56,666 nucleotides of DNA from a virus (taxonomy: Duplodnaviria; Caudoviricetes). Made by a program: the position numbers and the translations under genes. The number at the start of each line of letters is the position of its first letter. The first letter of the stretch is position 1. Of this stretch, positions 29,970-40,029 are shown one piece after another. Location: positions 1-56,666 of IMG/VR virus record IMGVR_UViG_3300030098_004888, one strand, 5' to 3'. The notes under the pieces are model-generated. The model searched no databases and was not told the DNA's origin. It worked only from the letters and a program-made list of their open reading frames with translations.

Positions 29970-31070
29970 TTAAATTAGTCCAGATGTTCGGTCTTTAGAA
30001 AGCTCACCTTCAATTTGGTCTAAAATAGATTTAGAACTTCTTTCGGTTGTTTTCTGTTGGGGAGTAAATGAAGGATTTTTAATATCCTTAATTATTTCCT
30101 CTCTACCTACACCTTTGTTTTGAGATGCTACACTCCTAACAATTCTATCAAAATTGTTAAGTATAAACATCTCCATATTTAGTTTTTCCATATCCCAATT
30201 TCCTGAGTTATCAGTATATCGGTTAAAAAAACCTTCAAGGTTTGAATTATTATTATAGAGACTATCTCTATCGTCATCATTTAACTGAAACGTAAATTCA
30301 TTACCCTTGTCATCCAATTCAAATGCAATTCCTTCTAGTTGTTCAACTTCTTCATCTAGTTTATCAAGCCAATCTTCTCTTATATTACCCATTTCTTCTT
30401 GGGATAAATAATTTTCAGATGGCTTTTTAACAGACTCTTGTAGCTTTTTTAGCTCTTCTCGTGCTTTAGCTGCGTCTTTTTTTAAGTTTATATTACCTAA
30501 AGTAACATCATCTTCATTGTATTTTTCTGAATCAGTCTTATATGTACTTCTAAAATAAAGGTCTATTTCTTTATCAGATAAATTAGGATTATTCATTTTT
30601 AAATTTTCCCTCATTATTTGCTCATCAGAAACCTCATCATAATTAGTACCATAAGCTTTGTAAAAATCAGAAACATTTCTTCCTGTTTTAGAAACAAAAT
30701 CATTAAGTCTTTGTAATTCTTCATTAGCAAATTCTTGTTTTTGATTGTTTTGCATTAAGGTAGAAACATCATCAAGTGAAGAATAGTTGGTGTTAAACTT
30801 CTCGTTAAAAGCACCTAACAAATCTTCATTTGTTAATTCATACTCATAATCATCAGATTCAGATTGATTATTATTTTCATTATTTAAAGAACTATTTTGC
30901 TCTACTTGTGGAGCTTGCTGTTCAACTTGTTGTTCAACTTGTTGTTCAACTTGTTGTTCAGATTGTTGTTCACTTTGTTCTTCAGCTTGGGGTTGTTGTG
31001 TTTGTTCTTGAGATTCATCAACTATTTTTACCCCTGTTGCTGCTGCAAAAGCATCTTCTATTCCAGCCAT
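29970..31070 (-). CDS. Capsid scaffolding protein
   Basis: Acidic, EQQV repeats, between portal and MCP. Confidence 0.7.
   Translation of the reverse strand: MAGIEDAFAAATGVKIVDESQEQTQQPQAEEQSEQQSEQQVEQQVEQQVEQQAPQVEQNSSLNNENNNQSESDDYEYELTNEDLLGAFNEKFNTNYSSLDDVSTLMQNNQKQEFANEELQRLNDFVSKTGRNVSDFYKAYGTNYDEVSDEQIMRENLKMNNPNLSDKEIDLYFRSTYKTDSEKYNEDDVTLGNINLKKDAAKAREELKKLQESVKKPSENYLSQEEMGNIREDWLDKLDEEVEQLEGIAFELDDKGNEFTFQLNDDDRDSLYNNNSNLEGFFNRYTDNSGNWDMEKLNMEMFILNNFDRIVRSVASQNKGVGREEIIKDIKNPSFTPQQKTTERSSKSILDQIEGELSKDRTSGLI
30918..30975. repeat. 12-bp tandem repeat (EQQV/EQQS)n
   Basis: TTCAACTTGTTG units. Confidence 0.85.
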
Positions 31071-31105
31071 AATATTTATTTTTTTAAATTAAATTAAACT
31101 AAATG

Positions 31106-31113
31106 CAAATATA
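31106..31113 (-). promoter_or_regulatory. -7 element TATATTTG for scaffold/MCP
   Basis: Consensus match in gap. Confidence 0.65.
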
Positions 31114-31132
31114 ATGATTATTTTTTTAATAT

Positions 31133-33544
31133 TTATATATTAGGTAACAAAGACTGTTGCTCTGGATTTTCTAAAGGTGCTTGTCTTTCTTTCCTTTGCT
31201 CTATCATTAAAGATTGATTATAATCACTTTTTTCATTTCTTTTATCTTTTCTATCTTCTTTTTCAGAATCTATTGATTGCTTTATTTGCAACTGCAACTG
31301 AAGTTGCTCCATCTTTCTTTGGTGTGCTGCTTGCTCTAGTTGTTCTTTTAACTGGTATTCTAGTTGCATTTTTTGAGCATCTGCTTGAGCCTGAACCGAA
31401 ACTTTTGCTTGGTCTAGCTGTGCAGATATTTGAGCTTCTTCTTGTTTTGCTTTAGAAGCAACCATTGCAGATTGTTGCTGAACTTGTGCATTCATATCTG
31501 ATTGTTGTTGAGATATTTTCATTTGTTCTTCTTGATATTTTTTTCTTCTAAAAACAAGCATTTGATTTGCTGCTTTAACATTTTTTATTGAACGAATCAT
31601 TATAGCATCCTCTATTCTTAGTTCTTTTTGAGCTAAGGACACTTGTATGTTTTGTTCTAATAATGCTTTTTGTTCTTCATCTGGAGCAACATCTATAAAT
31701 ATTCCAAAATGATGTAAAGACAAATCTTTTGTTAACCTTATAGATTCTAATTTATTATTCCCTAAAGAACTAGCATAAATATCTAAAGATTTTTTATGGT
31801 CTAAAACATCTTGTAATCTTAAAGAAATATTTTCACCTGTTCTTTTTGTTATGCTTAAAAAACCACTATTTATATTTTTAGTAGCATTGTTTGAAGCTAA
31901 CAAAGCTAATTTTTGAACACCAACTAAAGATTCTTTATCTGGTGTAGAAGCATCTCTTATTTCATTTACCCCAGTTACATCACGAATCATTTGAAGGTTA
32001 TATTGATATATTTGTATAAGATTTGAAATATCCCTTCCTATTCCGTTTTCTAACTCTACCACAGGAACTGCATTAGTCATAGAGCCATCATCTGCTTGCC
32101 TTCTATAATATATATTACCAGTTTGGTCGTATATTTCTTGAAGTTCTAATGGACTAAAGTTTGTTCCATCTCCTTTTGATACATTTTCCATAGAGCCTAA
32201 TTCAAAAGCAGCACCTTTTGGTCTGGCTTTAGCTAATAGTTGCTGTATTTTTAAATGTGCTAATTGTATTTGGTCTGCAAAAGGAATCATTCTATCTACC
32301 AAAGATTTATTTATCATTCTATAAACATTTGGTTGATATATTATATAAGATAAACTTGTTTCGGTTAAAGTTGATTTTGGCCTGGTCATATTTTTTGCTA
32401 AACCATAATCAAACATATAATCTGTGTTAACTATATATTTTCCTGTGTAAACAACTTTTACATTTAAATTTAGAGAACTTCTTTTGTTTTTTGATTTTTT
32501 TGGTTTTTTATATTTGGCTGATTTTTTATTTACAGAAAATCCACCAAAATTATTTTCTTTCTTTTCATATTTTAGCTCATTAACTGACATAAACTCAGCA
32601 TCTAGTATGCTTACACTAAAATCATCATATTCATAAGAATAAGAACCAAGTTTTGAATCATAATAACTATTATCTGAAAAACTATCTGGATTGTTATTTT
32701 TCCCTGTATAAGATTTTGCAATCTCTTTATATTCTTCTTCAGAAAATTGTTCTCCAGCCATTTGCTTTAAATCACTTATGGTAACATTATAAATTTCACC
32801 AGCATGTTGTATGTTGCTAAAATCTGGTTTTGTTGAATGAGATGTAACTAAATTAATTGGGTCTACATATCTTAATTTAATAGCACCGTCATTATTTGTA
32901 AATGTTTTTACAGAGCCAATACCTAAAACTATTAAATCCCTTATAACTCTATTTTTTACATCTTCAAAATCATTATTTTTAAAAACAAATTCTATTCCTT
33001 GCTCCATAGCTATTTCAATAGATTGTTTATAATTAAGATTCATATGTATATCAAGTTCTTCTTCTGATTCTGGAACAAAACCTTTTGGTCTTAAATCCAT
33101 TCCTGTTTTTTCACTTAACTTTGAAAGAAATTTATCAGCAATCATTTTATCGCTAAGTTTTTTTCTATCTTTCATTTTTTTATCTTGGGCTACTGGGTCT
33201 AATGCTGAACATAAAACATCGTAATCTTGATTTGAAATACTGCTATTTATAACATCAACAAATTTTGGAACAATAGAAACAGGAGACCAATCTAAGTTTA
33301 AATAAGATGTATCTCCTTCTACATCTAAAAGGTCTTTATATTTAGAAACATCTTGCATCCCTTGAGCATAACTTCTATTTTTTTCAAATCTTCTTTTTCT
33401 TTCGTTATCATTATTTTCTCTTCCATTCCAATCAGAATACATTTTTTTAAAATATTCTAATCCATATTCTTTTTTTTCTTTTTCTTCTGGAGAAACAAAA
33501 GGACTTGGATAACCACCTATTTTTTTAGTTTTATTATTTAGCAT
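31133..33544 (-). CDS. Portal protein
   Basis: SYLNLDW.PV.I.PKFVD, YVDP.NLV, IRDVTG.NE.RD.S.P motifs; Gln-rich coil; follows TerL. Confidence 0.9.
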   Translation of the reverse strand: MLNNKTKKIGGYPSPFVSPEEKEKKEYGLEYFKKMYSDWNGRENNDNERKRRFEKNRSYAQGMQDVSKYKDLLDVEGDTSYLNLDWSPVSIVPKFVDVINSSISNQDYDVLCSALDPVAQDKKMKDRKKLSDKMIADKFLSKLSEKTGMDLRPKGFVPESEEELDIHMNLNYKQSIEIAMEQGIEFVFKNNDFEDVKNRVIRDLIVLGIGSVKTFTNNDGAIKLRYVDPINLVTSHSTKPDFSNIQHAGEIYNVTISDLKQMAGEQFSEEEYKEIAKSYTGKNNNPDSFSDNSYYDSKLGSYSYEYDDFSVSILDAEFMSVNELKYEKKENNFGGFSVNKKSAKYKKPKKSKNKRSSLNLNVKVVYTGKYIVNTDYMFDYGLAKNMTRPKSTLTETSLSYIIYQPNVYRMINKSLVDRMIPFADQIQLAHLKIQQLLAKARPKGAAFELGSMENVSKGDGTNFSPLELQEIYDQTGNIYYRRQADDGSMTNAVPVVELENGIGRDISNLIQIYQYNLQMIRDVTGVNEIRDASTPDKESLVGVQKLALLASNNATKNINSGFLSITKRTGENISLRLQDVLDHKKSLDIYASSLGNNKLESIRLTKDLSLHHFGIFIDVAPDEEQKALLEQNIQVSLAQKELRIEDAIMIRSIKNVKAANQMLVFRRKKYQEEQMKISQQQSDMNAQVQQQSAMVASKAKQEEAQISAQLDQAKVSVQAQADAQKMQLEYQLKEQLEQAAHQRKMEQLQLQLQIKQSIDSEKEDRKDKRNEKSDYNQSLMIEQRKERQAPLENPEQQSLLPNI

Positions 33545-35552
33545 AATTATAATTTATTTTTTTTGAAACATTTCCTTTATTGTTAAATTTTTTAATAAAA
33601 GGAGAAAATTTTATTTTTGTTTTTTGTTTAATTATTTTTTGGGAAGCAAGCAGGGCTAAAGATGAAGATATACTTGCATCATATTTTGTTCTGTTTGTTA
33701 TATCAAATTCTGCCCAATCTTCTAAAAGCTTGTTAAAATAACAAGTTCCCATTTTTTCTTTTTCATAGTTATATCCTACATGGTCGTATATATAAGCTTG
33801 TGTTATTTCTGCTTGTGCATTTATAACAGCTTCGCCACTGCCAGGTATTCCTTTTGTTTTTTGACTTCTAGTATTAGATGTATGAGTTGATTCTGGTCTT
33901 TCCATTAAATAATCATAATACCCTCTTCTTTCAAAATATTTAATTATTCCAACTTTATTATTTTCAACTAATATTTGACAACCATAAAAAACACATTGCT
34001 TAATCATATCTTCATAAAATATTTCAGCTTTTGGTGGTCTATTTATATATTCACAAACAAAAGTTTCAGAAAAATCAAAAGACATATTAAATTTTACATA
34101 CACATGAGAAGCTGCATTAGACCTTCTTCCATCTGTTGTTGTATCATGGTCATATGGGTCACAACCAGAAACTATAGTTACATCATTACCTGGAAACTTG
34201 CGACCATTTTTTATAGATATTTTATTTTGTTGTTGCTTATCTGGTATCCAGCTTATTTCCCACTTTCCTTTATTATCAGGCATCCAAACAACTTTAGAAT
34301 CCTTAACCCCACCTTTCCATATAAAATTACCTTTAGTTGTTAAGTTTTCACAGCTATTGTTATAATCTATTTGTTCAAATATTTTTTCTACATCAAAAAT
34401 AGATTTATTAACATCACTTCTAAATGCTTCATCAACCGTATAGGGTCTTTGTCTTTTTTCTTCAGATAATTTTATAGTATCTTTTTTTAATGCTTCTCTT
34501 CTATTGTCTAAATATTTTTTAGCTTTTTCAATTTGGCTATTTCCATAGTCATCTATAAAACCCTCATAGCCATCATAAGCTGGTGTAAAATATGCATATA
34601 ACCCTGATACTGTTTCTCCATTTCCGTCTCTACCTTCAGTTAAAGAATCATAAAATATTTTTTTAAAGTTTTCTCCACCCCCCTTTGTTAATTCATTAAC
34701 AGTAGATGGCATAAAACACTTACCTATAACTTTACTACCTTGCGTTAAACAAGGTTTTACAACTTGCCAATTTTTTTCTATGTTTGCTTCTAGCCATTTC
34801 CCAGCTTCATCTGATACAAAAAATTTTAATTTAGCTGAATCATAACTATTTTCTTTTGTGTTTCTCCAATCTATTTTAGAGTTAAGTGCTTCTGACTTAA
34901 CTACCTTTTGATAGTTTTTGCTAATTTTTTGACCTGGTGCGGAAAAAGATAATTTAGACTTTGGGTTATCGGAACCATCAATAATGGGTTGAAAAAAATT
35001 AGGTAAACCACGAAACATATAAACAACCTTTTCAAAAAGGTCTTTAGCATCTTGACCAGTTTTTGAAAGCAATCCACCATGAGAATTATAAGAACTTGTT
35101 ATTTCATAAAGAGCCATGCAAGCTGCTTTCCAAGATGCTCCCTCTCGCCTGTGCTTAACCATAACCATTCCAAAACTTTTAGGGTCTTTTCTACAAGCAT
35201 CCCAAAAAGTAAAAAATCTTCTATCCCTATCTCTGTAATCTGGATAACCTATATCTATTTTGCACCATTGCAAATAATAATAATGATTTCCAGTAATATA
35301 AGTTGGTACTCCGTTATTCATAAACCAAACACCATTAACTCTTCTTTCAAACTCTTGGTTAATAAATTTTTCTTTTTTTTTAGCTGTTAAAAACTCAAAA
35401 TCTACATCATCTCTTTCCCACTTTTGGTTTTTCTTGGCTTTTTTTGAAAATAGTATATGTTTGCTGCTTGGCTTTTTAGGAAAGCCAATAGATAAATTAT
35501 TAATAGTTATTTTATCCCCTTTTGAAGAGTTGTTTAGGTAAACAGTTGACAT
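33534..35552 (-). CDS. terL: Terminase large subunit
   Basis: K.RR.G.S Walker A, DEAGKW Walker B, GCDPYD and ENNK nuclease motifs. Confidence 0.92.
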   Translation of the reverse strand: MSTVYLNNSSKGDKITINNLSIGFPKKPSSKHILFSKKAKKNQKWERDDVDFEFLTAKKKEKFINQEFERRVNGVWFMNNGVPTYITGNHYYYLQWCKIDIGYPDYRDRDRRFFTFWDACRKDPKSFGMVMVKHRREGASWKAACMALYEITSSYNSHGGLLSKTGQDAKDLFEKVVYMFRGLPNFFQPIIDGSDNPKSKLSFSAPGQKISKNYQKVVKSEALNSKIDWRNTKENSYDSAKLKFFVSDEAGKWLEANIEKNWQVVKPCLTQGSKVIGKCFMPSTVNELTKGGGENFKKIFYDSLTEGRDGNGETVSGLYAYFTPAYDGYEGFIDDYGNSQIEKAKKYLDNRREALKKDTIKLSEEKRQRPYTVDEAFRSDVNKSIFDVEKIFEQIDYNNSCENLTTKGNFIWKGGVKDSKVVWMPDNKGKWEISWIPDKQQQNKISIKNGRKFPGNDVTIVSGCDPYDHDTTTDGRRSNAASHVYVKFNMSFDFSETFVCEYINRPPKAEIFYEDMIKQCVFYGCQILVENNKVGIIKYFERRGYYDYLMERPESTHTSNTRSQKTKGIPGSGEAVINAQAEITQAYIYDHVGYNYEKEKMGTCYFNKLLEDWAEFDITNRTKYDASISSSLALLASQKIIKQKTKIKFSPFIKKFNNKGNVSKKINYNYAK

Positions 35553-35576
35553 TTTTATACAGCATGCATTAATCTA

Positions 35577-35584
35577 CAAATATA
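35577..35584 (-). promoter_or_regulatory. -7 element TATATTTG upstream of terL
   Basis: Consensus match in gap. Confidence 0.55.
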
Positions 35585-35591
35585 GCAAATA

Positions 35592-35885
35592 TTATTTATT
35601 TGGCTTCTTGGCAAACCTTTCAATAGCCCCAGCTTTAAAGTCTTTTTCATTATCTTCTAAAGTTTCTTCAACTTCCCCATTTATCATTGCTTCTATTTTT
35701 TCAATTTCTAGTATTAATTCTTTAGCATCCATAAAGCATTCTTTTTTAGCTTTAAAAGCATTTCTTGCTTTATCGTCTTGCAGCTCATCATCAATAGGTT
35801 TGCTAACTTCTTCAGTTAAAAGTTTTACTGCATCTTTAGCAGAATTAATTAATTCTAGTAATCTATTCTCTGTATTTTTATCCAT
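35592..35885 (-). CDS. Possible terminase small subunit
   Basis: 97 aa helical protein immediately upstream of terL. Confidence 0.45.
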   Translation of the reverse strand: MDKNTENRLLELINSAKDAVKLLTEEVSKPIDDELQDDKARNAFKAKKECFMDAKELILEIEKIEAMINGEVEETLEDNEKDFKAGAIERFAKKPNK

Positions 35886-36453
35886 TATAAACAGCTAAAA
35901 CATCTTCATTCCTCATTCTCATTAACTCTTTTCCTTCTATATCCATTTTATATTCTGAGTTTTCACTAAATATAATTCTATCCCCTATTTTTGCTCCTTG
36001 TTCAATAAGCTCATTATTAGAATATCTTAATATGCCATGAAGCTCTTCGTCTTCTTGGTCTGGTTTTACCCATATGCCAGAATCTGTTTTGCATTTAGAT
36101 TCATCTTCTAAAACCTGCTCTACAAAAACCCAGTTATTTAACATAATTATTTTATTATTCCTTACAACTGCATATGCCATATTTTCTTGTATCCTGTATA
36201 TTAACTTATCTTCAATAAAGGTAAACCTATTTTCTTTTGTTGTTAAAAAATGATGGCAATATATTTTATCCCCAACTTTAACATTTTTAACATTTTTACT
36301 TACAGCATAAACTATTCCATGCTGCCTGGCATTTAATTCAGGATTGTATGTTGGATTTAAATAAATTTCTTTTCCATTTAAAAAAACAGTATCCTCATGT
36401 GTTTTTTCTACTTCTACTAAAATGTAATTAGATAGTGGCTGCATATTCTTCAA
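35878..36453 (-). CDS. GroES-like co-chaperonin (two GroES-type domains)
   Basis: MQPL.N.ILV, VKVGD.I, T.SGI, GD.IIF...SEY...IEG.EL..M. Confidence 0.7.
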   Translation of the reverse strand: MKNMQPLSNYILVEVEKTHEDTVFLNGKEIYLNPTYNPELNARQHGIVYAVSKNVKNVKVGDKIYCHHFLTTKENRFTFIEDKLIYRIQENMAYAVVRNNKIIMLNNWVFVEQVLEDESKCKTDSGIWVKPDQEDEELHGILRYSNNELIEQGAKIGDRIIFSENSEYKMDIEGKELMRMRNEDVLAVYNG

Positions 36454-36709
36454 AATTTAAATTATATTCTATTGCTACTGGTTGATTTTTAAAATCTTTC
36501 CAAAGGTAAGTAAAGCCATCGTCAAATCTTTTAACGTAAACATTATACCTTATTAAATTATATTCTCTAAAATAAGCTTCATCTTCTATTATATTGGTAA
36601 TTTTTGCACTACCACCCATAACAGTTTGCCCAACTAAATAGTTCATTCCATTTTTTAAATCACCTATAGTTAGTTTTCTTATTAATCCTTTTGTTATATG
36701 TTCTTTCAT
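36428..36709 (-). CDS. Conserved hypothetical protein
   Basis: IRK..IG......M.Y.VGQ...W..F...P..IEY. Confidence 0.7.
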   Translation of the reverse strand: MKEHITKGLIRKLTIGDLKNGMNYLVGQTVMGGSAKITNIIEDEAYFREYNLIRYNVYVKRFDDGFTYLWKDFKNQPVAIEYNLNFEEYAATI

Positions 36710-36975
36710 GCTTCTCCTATTTTACCATAATAATTAGACAAATCTATTTTTCCTTTTTCTTCACCAACCTGTTCAAGTATAGAATGAATGCACTCAATCA
36801 TATCTTCAGCTTCTATTAAATCAAAAACAGAAGCCGAAACACTAATTGCATTTTCTCCAGCAGATTCATCTATATAAGCAAAAACAAAAGAAATATCAGA
36901 GTCTTCGTTAATTTGGTATATTAATGTTTTTAGTAAATTTATTTTTTCTATTGTAGATTCTTTCATAACTCCCAC
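36706..36975 (-). CDS. Hypothetical protein
   Basis: 89 aa ORF in operon. Confidence 0.65.
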   Translation of the reverse strand: MGVMKESTIEKINLLKTLIYQINEDSDISFVFAYIDESAGENAISVSASVFDLIEAEDMIECIHSILEQVGEEKGKIDLSNYYGKIGEA

Positions 36976-37328
36976 CCAGTTAGATTTGTGTAATCTTCAT
37001 TCCATCCATTATCTTTTCCGTTCTTATCATAAAATTTATTTTTAAATTCTGGGTAAGTCATATTACTACCTTGTTTTTTTATTGCTACTTTTAAAAGAAT
37101 AAGGTAGCCAATTAAGTCAGTAACAGTGTCTTCTGTTTCGTCATTAATACCTTTATTAGCAATACGAGCTAGTTTATCATCAATACGAGCACATAAAGAA
37201 TCTACTGCACTTCCTTTTGAAAAAATATTTCTTGGATTGGTAGCTGAATCACCATAGTTTTGGTTTTTTTCTATTAGCAAGTCCCTAACAGAATCAGCGA
37301 CCTCTTTTATTAGGTCGGTGGTTTTCAT
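36963..37328 (-). CDS. DUF1599/Nmad1-like protein (MazG-related helical family)
   Basis: KN..YGDS...RI.DKL.RI...DT..DL.GY.IL. Confidence 0.75.
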   Translation of the reverse strand: MKTTDLIKEVADSVRDLLIEKNQNYGDSATNPRNIFSKGSAVDSLCARIDDKLARIANKGINDETEDTVTDLIGYLILLKVAIKKQGSNMTYPEFKNKFYDKNGKDNGWNEDYTNLTGWEL

Positions 37329-37351
37329 TAAATTTAATTTTAATTATTTGA

Positions 37352-37359
37352 CAAATATA
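37352..37359 (-). promoter_or_regulatory. -7 element TATATTTG
   Basis: Consensus match in gap. Confidence 0.6.
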
Positions 37360-37388
37360 CAATTATATTGTATTAAACGCAAATATTA

Positions 37389-38090
37389 TTAATATTCAAC
37401 CCCAATCATTAATTTAATAGGTTGTAGTATATGTATTTTATCTTCATCAGCTAAAGCTTGTGGAGTAATTAAAGAATTTTGTAAAGTTATTTGAGTTGCA
37501 CTATCTACAGATTCTACTTTCCCAATAACAGCATCATCTTCAGCATGTAAAACATCTCCAGGAGCTATTATTTCTCTTGCGTCAACACCTTTTACTGTTA
37601 GTGTAGCACTCGTGTCAGTATGAGCACCATCCACAAGAAAAGAAGACCTTAAATCTGGCTCATTACCTGTTCTTGTAAGCCCAGCAACATATATAGACCT
37701 TTCTGTAGACTTAGGTTCTAATATTAAGCCAACAAGAGCATCTGGGTTAGCTGATGCTATACTTACAAAATCTAATCCAGCATCATAATCTCCTGTTACT
37801 ATTGAAGTAACACCTATTAGGTCGTCATTTGGAACCATGGATGCTGTAGAATTTATAGTTCCTAAAGTAAAATCATTTGATTTTGAAAAAAATAATTCCA
37901 AAGCAACATCTGCTGCTTTAGCTGCTGCATGGTCTCTGTTTATTACAGAAACACTTATTACTCTACAAGGCCCATTTACTGGTAAAGGAACTTCAGTCCA
38001 ATCAAAAACAACATCTTGTGTTGAAAACAAAGCAGCCTGAAGGCTAGCATTTATTATTGGTTTTACTTCTATATTTTTATACTTTGGCAT
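37389..38090 (-). CDS. Putative structural protein
   Basis: Beta-rich; carries a GD.L....IG.V..V...T.ITL domain like the muzzle inserts. Confidence 0.55.
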   Translation of the reverse strand: MPKYKNIEVKPIINASLQAALFSTQDVVFDWTEVPLPVNGPCRVISVSVINRDHAAAKAADVALELFFSKSNDFTLGTINSTASMVPNDDLIGVTSIVTGDYDAGLDFVSIASANPDALVGLILEPKSTERSIYVAGLTRTGNEPDLRSSFLVDGAHTDTSATLTVKGVDAREIIAPGDVLHAEDDAVIGKVESVDSATQITLQNSLITPQALADEDKIHILQPIKLMIGVEY

Positions 38091-38124
38091 TTTTTAATAT
38101 TTTATATTTGTAATATTGCAACAA

Positions 38125-38153
38125 CAAAGATAATAATTTTTTTTGTATCTTTG
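38125..38153. promoter_or_regulatory. Back-to-back divergent promoters (TATCTTTG on both strands)
   Basis: CAAAGATA 38125-38132 and TATCTTTG 38146-38153 at the strand switch. Confidence 0.7.
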
Positions 38154-38183
38154 TTTCAAATAATTAATTTAAAACATTAAACA

Positions 38184-38681
38184 ATGGCAAGTACAGTTTC
38201 AGCCTCAACTTTAAAAGTAACTATTACAGAGTCTATAACTTTAAATGGCTCTAATCAAGGTGCTACTAATACAGTATCAATATCTAATGTTGATGAGGTA
38301 TTTAAAAGAATAATAACATGCCCAGCAAATAACGAAACTAGAATAGCTGACTTTCATAGTTCTGTTGCTGATGCAACAATTACTCCTTTTGATGTTCAAG
38401 ATGTTGTATATATGAGATTAACTAATCTAGATGATACAAATAATATAACAATCAGCTTACATATAGATGTTGGTGAAGATGATACAACAGCAGATGAAAC
38501 AGCTAGTATTTTAATACAGCCTGGTAAAAGTTTTATGATGGGAACACCTCATGATGGAATTGCAGTAGATGATACCAATGCTAACTTTGTTACAGACCTT
38601 GTAGACCTTGAAGCTATTGTAGTTCAACCAGGAGCAAATGCAGTAGATGTAGAGCTTTTTGTAGCAAGTGCATCTGCATAA
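38184..38681 (+). CDS. Structural protein, paralog 1
   Basis: TLKVTITESITLNG...Y.R.TNLDDTN...DVE.FVAS. Confidence 0.7.
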   Translation: MASTVSASTLKVTITESITLNGSNQGATNTVSISNVDEVFKRIITCPANNETRIADFHSSVADATITPFDVQDVVYMRLTNLDDTNNITISLHIDVGEDDTTADETASILIQPGKSFMMGTPHDGIAVDDTNANFVTDLVDLEAIVVQPGANAVDVELFVASASA

Positions 38682-38692
38682 AATAAAACAAT

Positions 38693-39178
38693 ATGGCAAC
38701 AACAGTAGCAACAGCAACATTAACTGTAACTCTTACAGAATCTATAACTTTAAATGGTTCTCCACAAGGTTCAACAAACACATTAAGTATTGGCTCTATT
38801 AAGGAAATATATAAAAGAATAGTTAGATGTATAGATGATAACGATTGTACAATAGCTACATTTCAAACTGCAACACATACAGCAGATAATGCTATAGATT
38901 TAGAAAATGTCAGATACATAAGGGTAACTAATTTAGATGATACAAACCCAATGAATCTTTCTTTACAAATAGCTGGAGGAGAAGATGGTTCCCCTAATAT
39001 GTCTGCAACAGTTCTTGTTAGTGCAGGAGAAAGTTTTGTATTATATAAAGTACATGATGGAATTGCAGTAAGCGATGCTAATGCTACCATAGTAACAGCA
39101 CTAACTGATTTAGAAAGTTTACTTGTTGACCCATTATCAGAAGATATAGATGTAGAGGTATTTGTAGCAAGCGTTTAA
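38693..39178 (+). CDS. Structural protein, paralog 2
   Basis: Collinear with 38184-38681 over its whole length. Confidence 0.7.
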   Translation: MATTVATATLTVTLTESITLNGSPQGSTNTLSIGSIKEIYKRIVRCIDDNDCTIATFQTATHTADNAIDLENVRYIRVTNLDDTNPMNLSLQIAGGEDGSPNMSATVLVSAGESFVLYKVHDGIAVSDANATIVTALTDLESLLVDPLSEDIDVEVFVASV

Positions 39179-39187
39179 ATATATATT

Positions 39188-39883
39188 ATGCCTGAAAAAA
39201 ACTTAATAAAACAGTTTTTAAAAAATAAAGAAACATCTTATCAAGATAGTCAAAAACTTAATCCAGAGCAACGTAAATTTGTAAATAAATTTTTTAATAA
39301 AAACAAAAAAGAAAAAGATTCTTCAAATCTAATAGAAAAATTTACAAACAAAAAAGCAACAGTTGCAGAAGACCCAAATGTTATAAACTTTGAAAAACTA
39401 AAAAAAGGTATTTCTGCTGTTGAATCCTTAGATGGTAAATTAATGATAAATCCACAAAGCACTGCTACAGGATTATATGGACAAAGATTTTCAGAACTAG
39501 AAAATTTAAATTTAACAAAGGGTCTTTCAAGGGAAGATTTTTCTAAAGATATTGATTATCAAAATAAAATTTTTGAAATGAGATATAACGACCAATTAAA
39601 AGACATCCCAGGTTTAAAGAAATCTGCTTACGATTTAACTGAAGAATATGAGTCTCAATTAAATGTACCAGATAAAAATGTTTGGAATTATAGTTTAGAT
39701 GAAGTAGCTGCTTTAGTTAATTTCTTAGGGAGAGGAGGAGCAAGAAAATATTTTGGCAATGTTTTAAGGGATAGAAGAACATTAGAAGATGTATTTCCAA
39801 CAAAATATGGTGAAGAAGCTGAACAAGACAATAAAACACCTGAAGAGTATTTAAGACTATACAGAGAGGGTAGAGATAAGTAA
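39188..39883 (+). CDS. Lysozyme/transglycosylase-like protein
   Basis: I.AVES..G......S.A.G.Y.Q pattern. Confidence 0.55.
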   Translation: MPEKNLIKQFLKNKETSYQDSQKLNPEQRKFVNKFFNKNKKEKDSSNLIEKFTNKKATVAEDPNVINFEKLKKGISAVESLDGKLMINPQSTATGLYGQRFSELENLNLTKGLSREDFSKDIDYQNKIFEMRYNDQLKDIPGLKKSAYDLTEEYESQLNVPDKNVWNYSLDEVAALVNFLGRGGARKYFGNVLRDRRTLEDVFPTKYGEEAEQDNKTPEEYLRLYREGRDK

Positions 39884-39894
39884 AATAAATTATT

Positions 39895-40029
39895 ATGCCT
39901 AGAGGAATTTCTTTTAAATACACTAAAAATAAAAAAACAAAAAGACCTGGGGTTCATGCAAAAAGTAAAACAAGCAAAAACAAAAGTTCAAAAAATTACA
40001 GTAAAAAATATAATGGTCAAGGTAAATGA
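39895..40029 (+). CDS. Small basic protein (44 aa, not in ORF track)
   Basis: MPRGISF...KRPGVHAKSKTSK...YNGQGK; ATGA overlap with next gene. Confidence 0.7.
   Translation: MPRGISFKYTKNKKTKRPGVHAKSKTSKNKSSKNYSKKYNGQGK

Noticed and set aside
10839-35898. Many short + strand ORFs in the track opposite structural genes, and - strand ORFs opposite + genes
   Set aside because: Shadow frames fully overlapping long, motif-bearing genes.
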